This document shows, one piece after another, positions 18,369 through 28,112 of a DNA stretch of 64,000 bases. The notes below the pieces were generated by a model. That model did no database searches. It saw only the letters and a list, made by a program, of their open reading frames with translations, and had not been told where the DNA came from. Positions within the stretch are counted from its first letter, which is position 1, and each line of letters opens with the position of its first letter. Source of the stretch: an uncultured Planctomycetales bacterium (GTDB taxonomy: Bacteria > Omnitrophota > Gorgyraeia > Zapsychrales > JAHFFX01). A program made the position numbers and the translations under genes. The DNA is taken from assembly GCA_964612665.1 (NCBI GenBank), contig CAZTCI010000001.1:898-64897 (forward strand), read 5' to 3'.

Positions 18369-19433
18369 TTAAAGCCATTTTCTTCTTTTAAAATAAATAA
18401 TCATAGCGACCGCAATTACCGCCATAACTCCCAACACCACAAAATATCCATCCCGCCATTCCAACTCCGGCATATATTTAAAATTCATCCCATACACACC
18501 GACGATAAACGTTAGCGGCATAAATATAGTGGAAATGACTGTCAACACTTTCATGACTTCGTTCATACGGTTGCTGATACTGGAAAGATAAATATCAAGC
18601 ATACCGGAAAGCATGTCGCGAAAGGTTTCTACGGTGTCCAGGACTTGAATGGTGTGGTCATAGACATCTCTCAAGAAAACGGCAGTCGTTTTTCTGATTA
18701 ATTTTGATTCGCTGCGCTGTAAACCGCTGATTAATTCCCGCAGAGGCCAAATCGTTTTGCGTAAAAAAATTATTTCACGTTTTAAAAGATGGATCTGTTG
18801 GGCGGTTTTGACATCTGGCTTGCTTAATAAATCGTCTTCAAGCTGTTCTATTTCCGCGGTTAAATTTTCCAAAACCAAAAAATAATTATCAACCACCATA
18901 TCAATCAAACTATAAGCCAGATAATCAGCGCCCATTTTTCTAATGCGCCCTTTATCGTTTCTGATCCGGTCGCGCACTGGGTCGAAAAGATCGCCAGGAT
19001 CTTCCAAGAACGAAATAACATAATTATTTCCGACGATAATGCTGACTTGTTCAGAGGCAAGTTCGTCATCTTTCTTCGCCGCGTAAATCATTCTGAGAAC
19101 TATAAACAAATAACTGTCAAAATCTTCAAACTTAGGGCGCTGCTGTGTATGCAAGATATCTTCTAAAACCAGCGGATGAATGCCGAAGCAGTTTCCCAGT
19201 CTTTGAATAAGTTCCGCATCCTGCAGTCCGTCGATATTAATCCAAGTTATCGAAGGTTTGTCTTTATAAGGAAAACATTCTTCGACTGTTGACATTTCCT
19301 TTTCGGTGAACTGTTTCTCATCGTAATCAAAGATGATAATACGCACCTTATCGACCCGGTGTTCACCCGCAAAGACAACGGTGCCAGGCGGCAGACCGAC
19401 TTTTGTTACACTTTTTTTATTAGGTTTGGTCAT
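18369..19433 (-). CDS. corA: Magnesium/cobalt transporter CorA
   Basis: YGMNFKYMPELEW (GMN motif), two C-terminal TM helices, and a conserved N-terminal cytoplasmic domain. Confidence 0.9.
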   Translation of the reverse strand: MTKPNKKSVTKVGLPPGTVVFAGEHRVDKVRIIIFDYDEKQFTEKEMSTVEECFPYKDKPSITWINIDGLQDAELIQRLGNCFGIHPLVLEDILHTQQRPKFEDFDSYLFIVLRMIYAAKKDDELASEQVSIIVGNNYVISFLEDPGDLFDPVRDRIRNDKGRIRKMGADYLAYSLIDMVVDNYFLVLENLTAEIEQLEDDLLSKPDVKTAQQIHLLKREIIFLRKTIWPLRELISGLQRSESKLIRKTTAVFLRDVYDHTIQVLDTVETFRDMLSGMLDIYLSSISNRMNEVMKVLTVISTIFMPLTFIVGVYGMNFKYMPELEWRDGYFVVLGVMAVIAVAMIIYFKRRKWL

Positions 19434-19448
19434 GAAACAGGCGCCTTT

Positions 19449-19640
19449 TCATTTTGATTTGGCGATTCGATAACCAATGATACAACCGACCATCAAACAA
19501 AACACAATGAGAATGATCCGCGACATGGTAAGGCGCCAAAATAGAACATGAACGCTGACAGGTTCTGTATTCTCGATCATGAGAAGACAGCTCAAAATAA
19601 TTAAACTTGTCGTAAAGAGGTCTTTGGATTTCATAGGCAT
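19449..19640 (-). CDS. Small membrane protein (LapA/DUF1049-like)
   Basis: 63 aa with two hydrophobic helices. Confidence 0.3.
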   Translation of the reverse strand: MPMKSKDLFTTSLIILSCLLMIENTEPVSVHVLFWRLTMSRIILIVFCLMVGCIIGYRIAKSK

Positions 19641-19698
19641 CCTAAAGCGAGAACGCTGTGATTATAATAAGCGTTGCAAGCGGGCGCAAACCAAAGTA

Positions 19699-21009
19699 TT
19701 AAAATTTTGTTTTGTATTTTAAGAGAATTTGGCTGTCGTTTTGGGGAGTGGCAGTCGCGTTTTGATCGACTTGCGTGCCTCGGGGCTCTTGTTTGATGTC
19801 GCGCTTCACGTCGACGGAAAGATTGTCAGTCACGTTATATTCGCCTTCCAATTTGTGGGTGATGGTCGATTGGCCTGGGGTTGTCTGGGTGGATTCGATT
19901 CCATAACCGACATCGGCTTTGTCCGTGATCTCTTTTTTGACGCCGACGCCTTTCGTCTGACCGTTAAATTCAAAATTAATATCTTTAATACCCAAACGTT
20001 CAGCTAACTTTCCTCCCTCACCGGAAAAAAGCGCGAAATCAATAAAATCTCCCGCGACTTCACTCGACACTTGAGGTCCCGAAACATTTGGATTGGTCGC
20101 TAATTCAGTCAGGCCGCTCCATTTTTTTCCAGTCGCAACCATCAATAAAAGCTGGCCCTGCGGCAGGCCGTCTTCAGAAGTGAGATGTAAATCCGGCTGG
20201 GATTTAGTTCCTTTAAGATAAATATTAATAACCGTCTTTTCAATCTTGGCGTTGCCTCGCAGGTTAAAATGCGTGTCTTTTATTTTTCCAGAAAAGATAA
20301 ACTGCCCGGGATCAATATTAACGATCGTCGGTGTTTTTTGAGATTGAATCGTTCCGGCGGTGACTGAAACCGTACCAGAAAGATTAACGTCTTTTTCTTT
20401 TAACCCCGTTATCTTAAGATCCAAAGCACCAGGAACATTCGTCAAAGAAAAAAATTGATGTTTAAGTTCATCGACAAAAAAACTTCCAATCACATGCGGT
20501 TCCTCCCATAGCCCATGAACATAAAGATCAATCTTATCGGTAATACCGGAAAATGGTTTAAACACTTTAACGTCGGGAAATAAATTCAGGATTTCCTTGA
20601 TATCCACTCCCGTCGAGAAAACGTTGCAATCCAAGATACCGTCTTCAAACATTCCCTGTAAGACAATTGGATCGGAATACGGTAGTTTTAACCGTGCGTT
20701 TGTGATCTTAACGCGGACGCCATTTACGTTTAAAGCTTTTACCGTAAAACTTAATCGTTGGATCTTGAGCGTCGTTCCGGCGGGGAAATTTTTTAAATCA
20801 TCAATAAAAATATTTTTGTAAACAATCCTGTGCAGTAAACCACCGTGCAAATCTTCCGCCCGAAAATGTCCTGATTTTAGATATGGCCCGACGTGTTTCT
20901 GTAGAATTAAATCAGCCGGCTGAGGCGTAAACAATGCCCAATACGCTGCACCGCCGATTGCAGATAAAAAAATAACAACAATGCTTATAATAATAACTTT
21001 TTTCCACAT
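19699..21009 (-). CDS. Membrane-anchored hypothetical protein (possibly AsmA/TamB-like C-terminal domain)
   Basis: An N-terminal TM helix followed by a beta-rich periplasmic region. The family call is tentative. Confidence 0.3.
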   Translation of the reverse strand: MWKKVIIISIVVIFLSAIGGAAYWALFTPQPADLILQKHVGPYLKSGHFRAEDLHGGLLHRIVYKNIFIDDLKNFPAGTTLKIQRLSFTVKALNVNGVRVKITNARLKLPYSDPIVLQGMFEDGILDCNVFSTGVDIKEILNLFPDVKVFKPFSGITDKIDLYVHGLWEEPHVIGSFFVDELKHQFFSLTNVPGALDLKITGLKEKDVNLSGTVSVTAGTIQSQKTPTIVNIDPGQFIFSGKIKDTHFNLRGNAKIEKTVINIYLKGTKSQPDLHLTSEDGLPQGQLLLMVATGKKWSGLTELATNPNVSGPQVSSEVAGDFIDFALFSGEGGKLAERLGIKDINFEFNGQTKGVGVKKEITDKADVGYGIESTQTTPGQSTITHKLEGEYNVTDNLSVDVKRDIKQEPRGTQVDQNATATPQNDSQILLKYKTKF

Positions 21010-21086
21010 GTTTAGAAAAGCGGGCGCTTGACCGAAAATACAGGCAGAAGGTTCTTACAATTAAATTGGCAGGAAAAAAAACGCCG

Positions 21087-21638
21087 TTAACGCATAATGA
21101 CGAAACTATCTTTATAGGTGGCCTTGAGCTTCTCAAGCACTTGATCAGCTTCGGCTTTGGTGGCAAATTCTCCGACGTACAAACGGTACCAGACTCCTTT
21201 TTCTTTTAAGTCTTTGGTCACGAGATACCCTTCGAACCCTTCCTTTTTAATTTTATTCAAAGCCTGTTCGGCTTGCGGCTTTTCTTTAAAGGAAGCGACC
21301 TGGATCGTTAAAGTTTTGTTGGTTGACTCGTTAGCAACCGGCGGAACCTGCGGGGATGAAATCGCTGGCCGCATGGAGTCGGTGTTCTCTTGAGAAACAG
21401 CTGATATTTGCGGCGTAGACTTTTCAGGCGATTGAGATGCCGACGCTGGTCGTTCAGGGATATTGGGGGCCTTTTCATTCTGCACTTCTTGGCTGGCTGG
21501 GAGAAGTTCATTAACGGGAACAGCCTGCTCGTGTTCTTTTTGGTTCATCAAAAAAAGAACAATCACAATGATGCCGAGCAAAAGAAACCAAATCGGCCAG
21601 GTGTCTTTGAAGCGGTTATAGGAAGTATTATTTTTCAT
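21087..21638 (-). CDS. SPOR-domain (peptidoglycan-binding) membrane protein
   Basis: An N-terminal TM helix, a Pro/Ser-rich linker, and a C-terminal SPOR fold LTIQVASFKEKPQAEQALNKIKKEGFEGYLV...WYRLYVGEFATKAEADQVLEKLK. Confidence 0.75.
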   Translation of the reverse strand: MKNNTSYNRFKDTWPIWFLLLGIIVIVLFLMNQKEHEQAVPVNELLPASQEVQNEKAPNIPERPASASQSPEKSTPQISAVSQENTDSMRPAISSPQVPPVANESTNKTLTIQVASFKEKPQAEQALNKIKKEGFEGYLVTKDLKEKGVWYRLYVGEFATKAEADQVLEKLKATYKDSFVIMR

Positions 21639-21789
21639 AAAGTTTTTTGTCCTTTCAATTTTAATCGTCGTTCATATTCGCTGTTCGAGGGGAGAAAAAT
21701 TCCTTACAAGGACGAATTCCAGAGACTGTTGAAAAATTGAAGTTCAAATTTCATTATTCAACAGTCTCAATTCCACGAACCACGAACGC

Positions 21790-23436
21790 CTAACGACGAA
21801 CGAGTGCCTTCTTATCCGTCACCCAAAATTCCATATAACGTCCCAACATAAGCCGCGTTTGCGCGTCGAGCGCTGGGACGGCGCTTAAAAAAATTAAAAT
21901 TACAGGAATAGAGAGCCATTCAAAAGCAAAACCAATCCGCTGCCGCAGGGTCTTCCCTCTTTTTTCAGGAAGCATATACAAACTTAAAATAATCGTAATC
22001 AAAAGCGAAATCGATGAGAGATGAAATATCGTCGCTGTTATACGCGGCGCGTTATAATATAAAACCGAGCTCGAAAATTCACGGGTGGTAAATATAATCG
22101 GGATCCATCCGACCAAACTTAAGATAAAAGGCCAGGTCGCCCATGATATATGACCCTCTAATAGTTTAAATCCATAACGTATTTTGTCATACAAAGAAAT
22201 TTTTTTAGATTGTAGAAAACCCCGGATCACAATGGGAAAACTTTCAACGCCCCATGCCCAGCGCCGTCGTTGTTTATAAATATTCTTAAAAGTCTGCCAC
22301 CAATAATCACCGATGACAGCATCCATTGATAAGGTGACGTACATCGGGACAGCCTGATAGGCGCCTTCGTAATGCAAAAAGGCTTTCCAAAATATCGCTG
22401 AGTCATCAGAAATGATATCGACCGGCCAGTAGCCTACCTCGACGAGCGCTTTAAAACTCATGCTATGACTTGAAAAGGTAACCAATTTCTCGCGGTTGGT
22501 AGCTTCAATCAATTGAAAAAACGATGACCCCATTTCTACAACCCGCGTGAACCGGTGCGTTTCCCAGAGATTATTATTATAAACTGGGACCGGTTGAAAA
22601 CTCGCGCGCGTGCGGTTGGGATAAATTAAATACTGATAAGTTAAACAGCCAAAATAATCCTTGCTTACAACGGTATCGGCGTCAAAACACGAAACAATAA
22701 TATGCTCCAAAGAAATTTGATGCTTCCTAAAATACTCAGTGTAATGACGGGCGGCAAAAGTAATGTTCGCGCCTTTCACGCGGGCTTCATCGGGTAAACC
22801 GCTCGGATGAATAACGGCCGCTAACTCGCGGAAACGGTCACGGTATTGATGAACAACCGCTTGGCAATCTGCTTTAACAGCAGCGCTCGCTCTTTCTTCT
22901 AACGCAATCGCGACCACAATACGGTCTAAAGGAAAACGTTGATCCAATAATCCTTTGATACTGCGTTCAATAATGTCCCGTCCTTCTTTTAAAACCGGAA
23001 AAATGACAAAATGAATAATATCCGTCGATTTTAATAAAGAAACGTTGGTCTTTTTGAGTTGCTTAATGTCCCGTAAATGAATTCCAAGAGAAATTCTTTC
23101 TTTAAGACTCAATCGTTTCTTCAAACGGGCCTGCACAATTTTTATATAATCTTCCATCTCATCCATGCCGGCAATTCGGGCCATCCAATCGGTTTTAGCT
23201 TCGATGGCCAAACGGCCGTATGACAAAATTAAAAAAATCGTGACATAGATAAGCCGCAAAAACCAAAAAAGGTCAAAAGCAATAATAATAAGCGCCGCTG
23301 TCAACGGTTCGGTGAACCCCAAGATCATCAATCCAATGATGATCAGCCAGCTTAAAAATCCGGGTAAAATCTCTAAAAACCGCTCGAGCTGCGCTTCTTT
23401 GGGTGACAATCCGTTTCTGGTAAATTGAAAAGCCAT
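21790..23436 (-). CDS. Processive family-2 glycosyltransferase (cellulose/chitin/hyaluronan-synthase-like), integral membrane
   Basis: CFDADTVV (D,D motifs), QRRRWAWG (Q-x-x-R-W), and multiple TM segments at both ends. Confidence 0.8.
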   Translation of the reverse strand: MAFQFTRNGLSPKEAQLERFLEILPGFLSWLIIIGLMILGFTEPLTAALIIIAFDLFWFLRLIYVTIFLILSYGRLAIEAKTDWMARIAGMDEMEDYIKIVQARLKKRLSLKERISLGIHLRDIKQLKKTNVSLLKSTDIIHFVIFPVLKEGRDIIERSIKGLLDQRFPLDRIVVAIALEERASAAVKADCQAVVHQYRDRFRELAAVIHPSGLPDEARVKGANITFAARHYTEYFRKHQISLEHIIVSCFDADTVVSKDYFGCLTYQYLIYPNRTRASFQPVPVYNNNLWETHRFTRVVEMGSSFFQLIEATNREKLVTFSSHSMSFKALVEVGYWPVDIISDDSAIFWKAFLHYEGAYQAVPMYVTLSMDAVIGDYWWQTFKNIYKQRRRWAWGVESFPIVIRGFLQSKKISLYDKIRYGFKLLEGHISWATWPFILSLVGWIPIIFTTREFSSSVLYYNAPRITATIFHLSSISLLITIILSLYMLPEKRGKTLRQRIGFAFEWLSIPVILIFLSAVPALDAQTRLMLGRYMEFWVTDKKALVRR

Positions 23437-24968
23437 TATTCAAATCCGCCGAAATTTTTTAAGTACGCAAATAACCGTTCTTCGCTATGCCAAAGCTTGA
23501 CGTCATCATCTTCGGTCTTTTCTTTTTCTTCTTTTTCTTTCTTCTCAAGAGGAAACGGCCAGGGAAAACCATTTTCGCGTGGCACAAGATTGGCAGCGAC
23601 CAAATGTCCCGATGCACTTTCCAAAAAATAAAGCAGGCCTGATTCTTCGACAAAATGAACATGACTATTTTTCTTTATGTCAACGAGCGGGTTAATGTGC
23701 GGATCACCGTAGGTTTCTAGTTCAATAAGATATAACGTATCCCCGTCGCGAAACAGGACGTGAGACGTTCCCCACACCCAAAAGGCTTGTTCAATCCTCT
23801 TCCCATCTTTGAAAATCCAATTAACCGATGGAATTTCACCTATATTTTTTTGAAACAAAATTTTTGCAAAATCATAAATCCCAATTTTATCTTTCGACCA
23901 AAACAAAACTTTATTGGCATTCGAAAGCCACTTAAGACCCGTGATCCCTTGATCAACGAGACCATAAGGACTGCGGTTACAGAAAAGCGCGCCTTTATCG
24001 CCCAGGAAAAAAATCATATCATCAGCATAAACCAAAATATAGCTTAAACCCTTTTCTTCGAATAACCCGTGCATCAAATCTGGTTCTTCCAGAAAAAGCT
24101 CTTGTCCATTCCCTTTATAATTAAATCGACTGATCAAATAATCGGGCGTGAAGGTATACAGCGATTTTCCGAAAACATAAAAGCCTTTTATACTTTCAGT
24201 CAGCCGGGGAAAAATGGCTTTAGAACTCACATCAATTTTATTAAGATAGCCGCGGTCTAAAGAAAACACGATGTCGTTATTTTGTGCTGACCATTTGATA
24301 CTGGAAGGTTTTTCGGGAAAAAGAAAACTCACGTCGGTAAGTAGGGTTCTGTCCTCTTTAATTTCGGTTAAAAGCACATGCGTTTCACCGTCCAAACTGA
24401 CCTCCCAAAATATCTGCGGACTCTGTGCCACCATATATTGAGTCATCACAACCGCATCGGCCCAACGCGAATTCGTATCAACCAATCTAATGGAATCAGT
24501 TGTTTTCCAATTATAAACGGCCATGTCTTTGAGACGGCTCCCCTTCTTTAAAATCAAAAAATGTGTCTCGGGAATGGCCATAAGGTCTTCAAAGCTGTCG
24601 TATAAAAGTGTTTGGTAAGAGAAATTTTGCGGCAAAAGAAGCACACGTTCGTAGACGGTGGCTTTTTGCGCATCGACAGGGACATCTTCCTGCCAGGGCT
24701 GATAGCCTTTTAAAACCAGTCGGATAGGATAAATGCCAGGAAGAAAATCGCGGATAACGGCGGGTGTTTTTTGTGTAAAGCGTTTGTTATTCAGATAAAT
24801 CGTCGCACCTGAGGGATTGCTCGAAAGATAAATAACACCAGTCTTAACGACCCCTTTTTTGATATCACTTTTAAAAAGATACCCAAGTGAATGAAAGATA
24901 AGCCATGGACAGGCAATCATATAGATGATCACAAAAATTAAGAAAAATAATTTTCTAAATTTGAGCAT
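23436..24968 (-). CDS. PEGA-domain membrane protein with a C-terminal beta-propeller-like region
   Basis: An N-terminal TM helix, then SNPSGATIYLNNKRF...TPAVIRDFLPGIYPIRLVLKGYQPW (PEGA). Its stop overlaps the glycosyltransferase start. Confidence 0.55.
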   Translation of the reverse strand: MLKFRKLFFLIFVIIYMIACPWLIFHSLGYLFKSDIKKGVVKTGVIYLSSNPSGATIYLNNKRFTQKTPAVIRDFLPGIYPIRLVLKGYQPWQEDVPVDAQKATVYERVLLLPQNFSYQTLLYDSFEDLMAIPETHFLILKKGSRLKDMAVYNWKTTDSIRLVDTNSRWADAVVMTQYMVAQSPQIFWEVSLDGETHVLLTEIKEDRTLLTDVSFLFPEKPSSIKWSAQNNDIVFSLDRGYLNKIDVSSKAIFPRLTESIKGFYVFGKSLYTFTPDYLISRFNYKGNGQELFLEEPDLMHGLFEEKGLSYILVYADDMIFFLGDKGALFCNRSPYGLVDQGITGLKWLSNANKVLFWSKDKIGIYDFAKILFQKNIGEIPSVNWIFKDGKRIEQAFWVWGTSHVLFRDGDTLYLIELETYGDPHINPLVDIKKNSHVHFVEESGLLYFLESASGHLVAANLVPRENGFPWPFPLEKKEKEEKEKTEDDDVKLWHSEERLFAYLKNFGGFE

Positions 24969-25170
24969 AAGTAAATAGGCTTTCAGGGATTTATTGTCCC
25001 GCCGGCTTCGAATTAGACGGGAAACGCCTAGATGCGTCAGTATATCACCCTGTATAAAAAAAATTCAATGCTTTTTATGGACGGTAATTATGCTATCAAA
25101 AAGCTTTTCTTTTTACTAAATCTGTTACAATAATTTAAATTCTGTCAAAAATTTCACAAGGGAGAATTCG

Positions 25171-27285
25171 ATGTTGTTTTCCGAAAGCAAATTCACAGAC
25201 CACCCGACATTTCTTCAATCGGCGCATTTAGCTATAAAAAATTTAAAACCCTTCTTTGAACCAGCCAGCATCGCGGTTATTGGGGCTTCCGCTAATCCGC
25301 AGAAAATCGGGCATCAAATTCTAAAGAATATTAAAGAAGCTGGTTTTGCCGGCAAAGTTTATCCAGTGCATCCAAGTCTTAGCGACATTTTAAATTTGAA
25401 ATCTTACCCGTCGGTAACAGCTATTCCAGATACAATTGATCTGGCCGTTGTTGTCATTCCCGCTTCGGAAGTCATCAACGTCGTGGAAGAATGCGGACAA
25501 AAAAAAGTTAAAGCGGTTATTGTCATTAGTTCTGGGTTTGGTGAAGTCGGAAACCACGAAGATGAACAGCGGTTAAAGGAGATTGTTGATCGATATGGCA
25601 TGGCGCTTTTAGGACCGAATGTATTTGGCGCCGTTTACACGCCGGGTCATTTGAATGCCAGTTTCGGGCCGCGCGATATTCTCGGCGGCAATATTGCTTT
25701 TATCACGCAAAGCGGCGCCTTGGGGATTGCGCTCATGGGTTGGACGGTGATGGAAAAAATCGGATTGGCGGCGCTGGTTAACATCGGAAACAAAGTTGAT
25801 ATCGAAGAAAAAGAACTCATTGAATATTTCAACGAGGATCAAAATGTTCATACCGTCTTGATTTATATGGAGGGTCTCAAAGACGGACGGAAATTTATGA
25901 CAACCAAGATTAAAAAGCCAGTGATTGTACTTAAAGTAGGCCGTTCTCAGCGCGGCGCGCGGGCCGCGGCCTCTCATACTGGGTCTCTGGCCGGGTCTGA
26001 TCAAATTTTTGAAGCCGCGTTTCAACAATTAGGTGTATTACGGGCGTCGTCTTTTAATGAAGCTTTTGCCTGGGCGCGCAGTTTTGCTTTGCCGGCCCCG
26101 ACGCAGAGAAACGTCCTCATTATTACTAACGGCGGCGGCATTGGCGTGAGAACCACTGATGAATGTGAGGCCGCAGGCGTTGAACTTCTTGATGACAGCG
26201 CTTGGCTTGAGACTAAATTCCGCCCGCTCATGCCTTCTTTTGGCAGTACGAAAAATCCTGTGGATTTAACCGGCGGCGCGGCTCATGAGCAATACCAAAA
26301 AGCTGCGGCGCTTGCTTTCACTGAAGAACGCATTGGCGCGGTTATTTTTCTTTATTGCGAAACAATCATTAGTAATCCGCTCCAAGTTGCGCAGGTCGTT
26401 CTCAATGAATATAAAAAATCCAACCGCGCCAAGCCTGCTTTGGTTTATATGGTTGGCGGTGAAAAATCAGCTGCCGCGATCAACTTTTTAAATGAAAACG
26501 GCATTCCAGCGTTTCATTCCGTTGGTGAGACAGTTTCCTCTTTAAAAGCGTTGTACCGCTGGAAGGAAATTACCCATCGTCCCCAAGATACTCTTCCATC
26601 AAATGAAATTCCCGTCGATGTTATCCCTTTAATTGAATCTGCCCAAAAAGAAGGCCGCCGTTTTCTGATGGAACATGAATCCAGAAAGGTCTTGGAACTT
26701 TGCGGAATTCCCATGCCCAAATGGGCTTTTGCAACGAATAAAAATGAAGCCGTCGCCATGGCGCAAAATATGTATCCTTTGGCCATGAAAATCACTTCAC
26801 CTGATATCATCCACAAAACTGAAGTCGGCGGCGTTCAACTGAACATCAAAAATCAAGAAGAGTTGATCGCTAAATATGATGAAATGATAAACCGCATCAC
26901 CCAAGCCCAGCCGCAGGCACGGATATTGGGTGTCAATCTGGTGACAATGGTTAGTGGTATTGAATGCATCGTTGGTTTAAATCAAGATCCGCAGTTTGGG
27001 CCGGTTGTGATGTTTGGGTTGGGCGGGGTTTTCGTCGAGGTTCTTAAAGATGTCACATTTCGCGTCGTGCCTTTTGGAAAGCTCGAGGCTGAACGAATGC
27101 TAAGCGAGATTAAAACCAAAAAAGTCTTGGACGGTTTTCGCGGCATGAAGGCGCATAAGGCGTCATTGGTGCAGACATTATTTGCCGTTCAGAAATTAGG
27201 TGGGCTGGTTAAAGAAATTGATATCAATCCGCTTATCACCAATGATCAGGGAAGTTTCGCCGCTGATGCACGGATTATCATTTAA
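25171..27285 (+). CDS. Acetate--CoA ligase (ADP-forming), fused alpha/beta subunits
   Basis: An N-terminal CoA-binding domain (IAVIGASANPQKIGHQIL), a ligase-CoA domain, and a C-terminal ATP-grasp. 704 aa. Confidence 0.85.
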   Translation: MLFSESKFTDHPTFLQSAHLAIKNLKPFFEPASIAVIGASANPQKIGHQILKNIKEAGFAGKVYPVHPSLSDILNLKSYPSVTAIPDTIDLAVVVIPASEVINVVEECGQKKVKAVIVISSGFGEVGNHEDEQRLKEIVDRYGMALLGPNVFGAVYTPGHLNASFGPRDILGGNIAFITQSGALGIALMGWTVMEKIGLAALVNIGNKVDIEEKELIEYFNEDQNVHTVLIYMEGLKDGRKFMTTKIKKPVIVLKVGRSQRGARAAASHTGSLAGSDQIFEAAFQQLGVLRASSFNEAFAWARSFALPAPTQRNVLIITNGGGIGVRTTDECEAAGVELLDDSAWLETKFRPLMPSFGSTKNPVDLTGGAAHEQYQKAAALAFTEERIGAVIFLYCETIISNPLQVAQVVLNEYKKSNRAKPALVYMVGGEKSAAAINFLNENGIPAFHSVGETVSSLKALYRWKEITHRPQDTLPSNEIPVDVIPLIESAQKEGRRFLMEHESRKVLELCGIPMPKWAFATNKNEAVAMAQNMYPLAMKITSPDIIHKTEVGGVQLNIKNQEELIAKYDEMINRITQAQPQARILGVNLVTMVSGIECIVGLNQDPQFGPVVMFGLGGVFVEVLKDVTFRVVPFGKLEAERMLSEIKTKKVLDGFRGMKAHKASLVQTLFAVQKLGGLVKEIDINPLITNDQGSFAADARIII

Positions 27286-27335
27286 AATTTTGAAATGACG
27301 TGTTAAATAATTTGTTTTAGGGAAGACCAACAATT

Positions 27336-28112
27336 TCATTGACAATAATTTTTGAAAATTTTCCACTCTTCTTCCGTCATGATAGGTTTTGTATCTTGAT
27401 TCTGGAATTTACTGACCATTTCCAAGCGCGATCCATTTGAGGGATGATCGGAAAGAAATTCTGGGAATGACGACATTTCTTTCAAACGTTCAAAAAATTC
27501 ACCAAACCCTTGATTGTTAATATGCGCTTTTTGTAAACGCAATAATGCCCCTTCATCAGCCTCAGCTTCTTGAGTACGCGTAAAACCCATATTTAAAAAA
27601 TACTTTGTCCACTTAGCATTTGAAGAAGATCCAAGTACCATTTGAACCCCTCCAATTGTCATTAAATGGACAACAAACCCTTCTAAAATGTGCCGATGGC
27701 TCACATGCGTAATTTCATGAGCCAAAACCCCGGCGATTTCGTCGGGAGATTTGGCTTTCTCAAGCAATCCTCTATTGATTGAAATTTTTCCGCCCAGTTC
27801 GGCAAAAGCATTGACCTGCAGATTATTAACAATTTGAACATTGATAGAAAATTTAGAATCATCCTTATTCAGAGGATACAGGCGATTGACTAGCTGTTTT
27901 AAAAGCACTTCTTTTTCTGGATTTCCACGGCAAACATCAATAGATGTGAATGAACCCAAAGAATTTGCAAGGTTCTTTTCCCAACTCCATGGAATGGCTC
28001 GAACAAATGGTGTTATGCCAAAGCCAAAAACGGCCGCTAGGCCAACAGCAGCAATGACCCATATCAATCCCTTTATTTTGGATGCCTTGTCTGTTTCGGT
28101 CGTCTCTGTCAT
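27336..28112 (-). CDS. M48-family zinc metallopeptidase, membrane-anchored
   Basis: LAHEITHVSHRH (HExxH), an N-terminal TM helix, and a downstream E for the third zinc ligand. Confidence 0.75.
   Translation of the reverse strand: MTETTETDKASKIKGLIWVIAAVGLAAVFGFGITPFVRAIPWSWEKNLANSLGSFTSIDVCRGNPEKEVLLKQLVNRLYPLNKDDSKFSINVQIVNNLQVNAFAELGGKISINRGLLEKAKSPDEIAGVLAHEITHVSHRHILEGFVVHLMTIGGVQMVLGSSSNAKWTKYFLNMGFTRTQEAEADEGALLRLQKAHINNQGFGEFFERLKEMSSFPEFLSDHPSNGSRLEMVSKFQNQDTKPIMTEEEWKIFKNYCQ

Noticed and set aside
25004-25035. tRNA-like TTCGAAT motif at ~25010-25035
   Set aside because: The flanking sequence cannot form acceptor or T stems. It is a chance occurrence in a promoter region.
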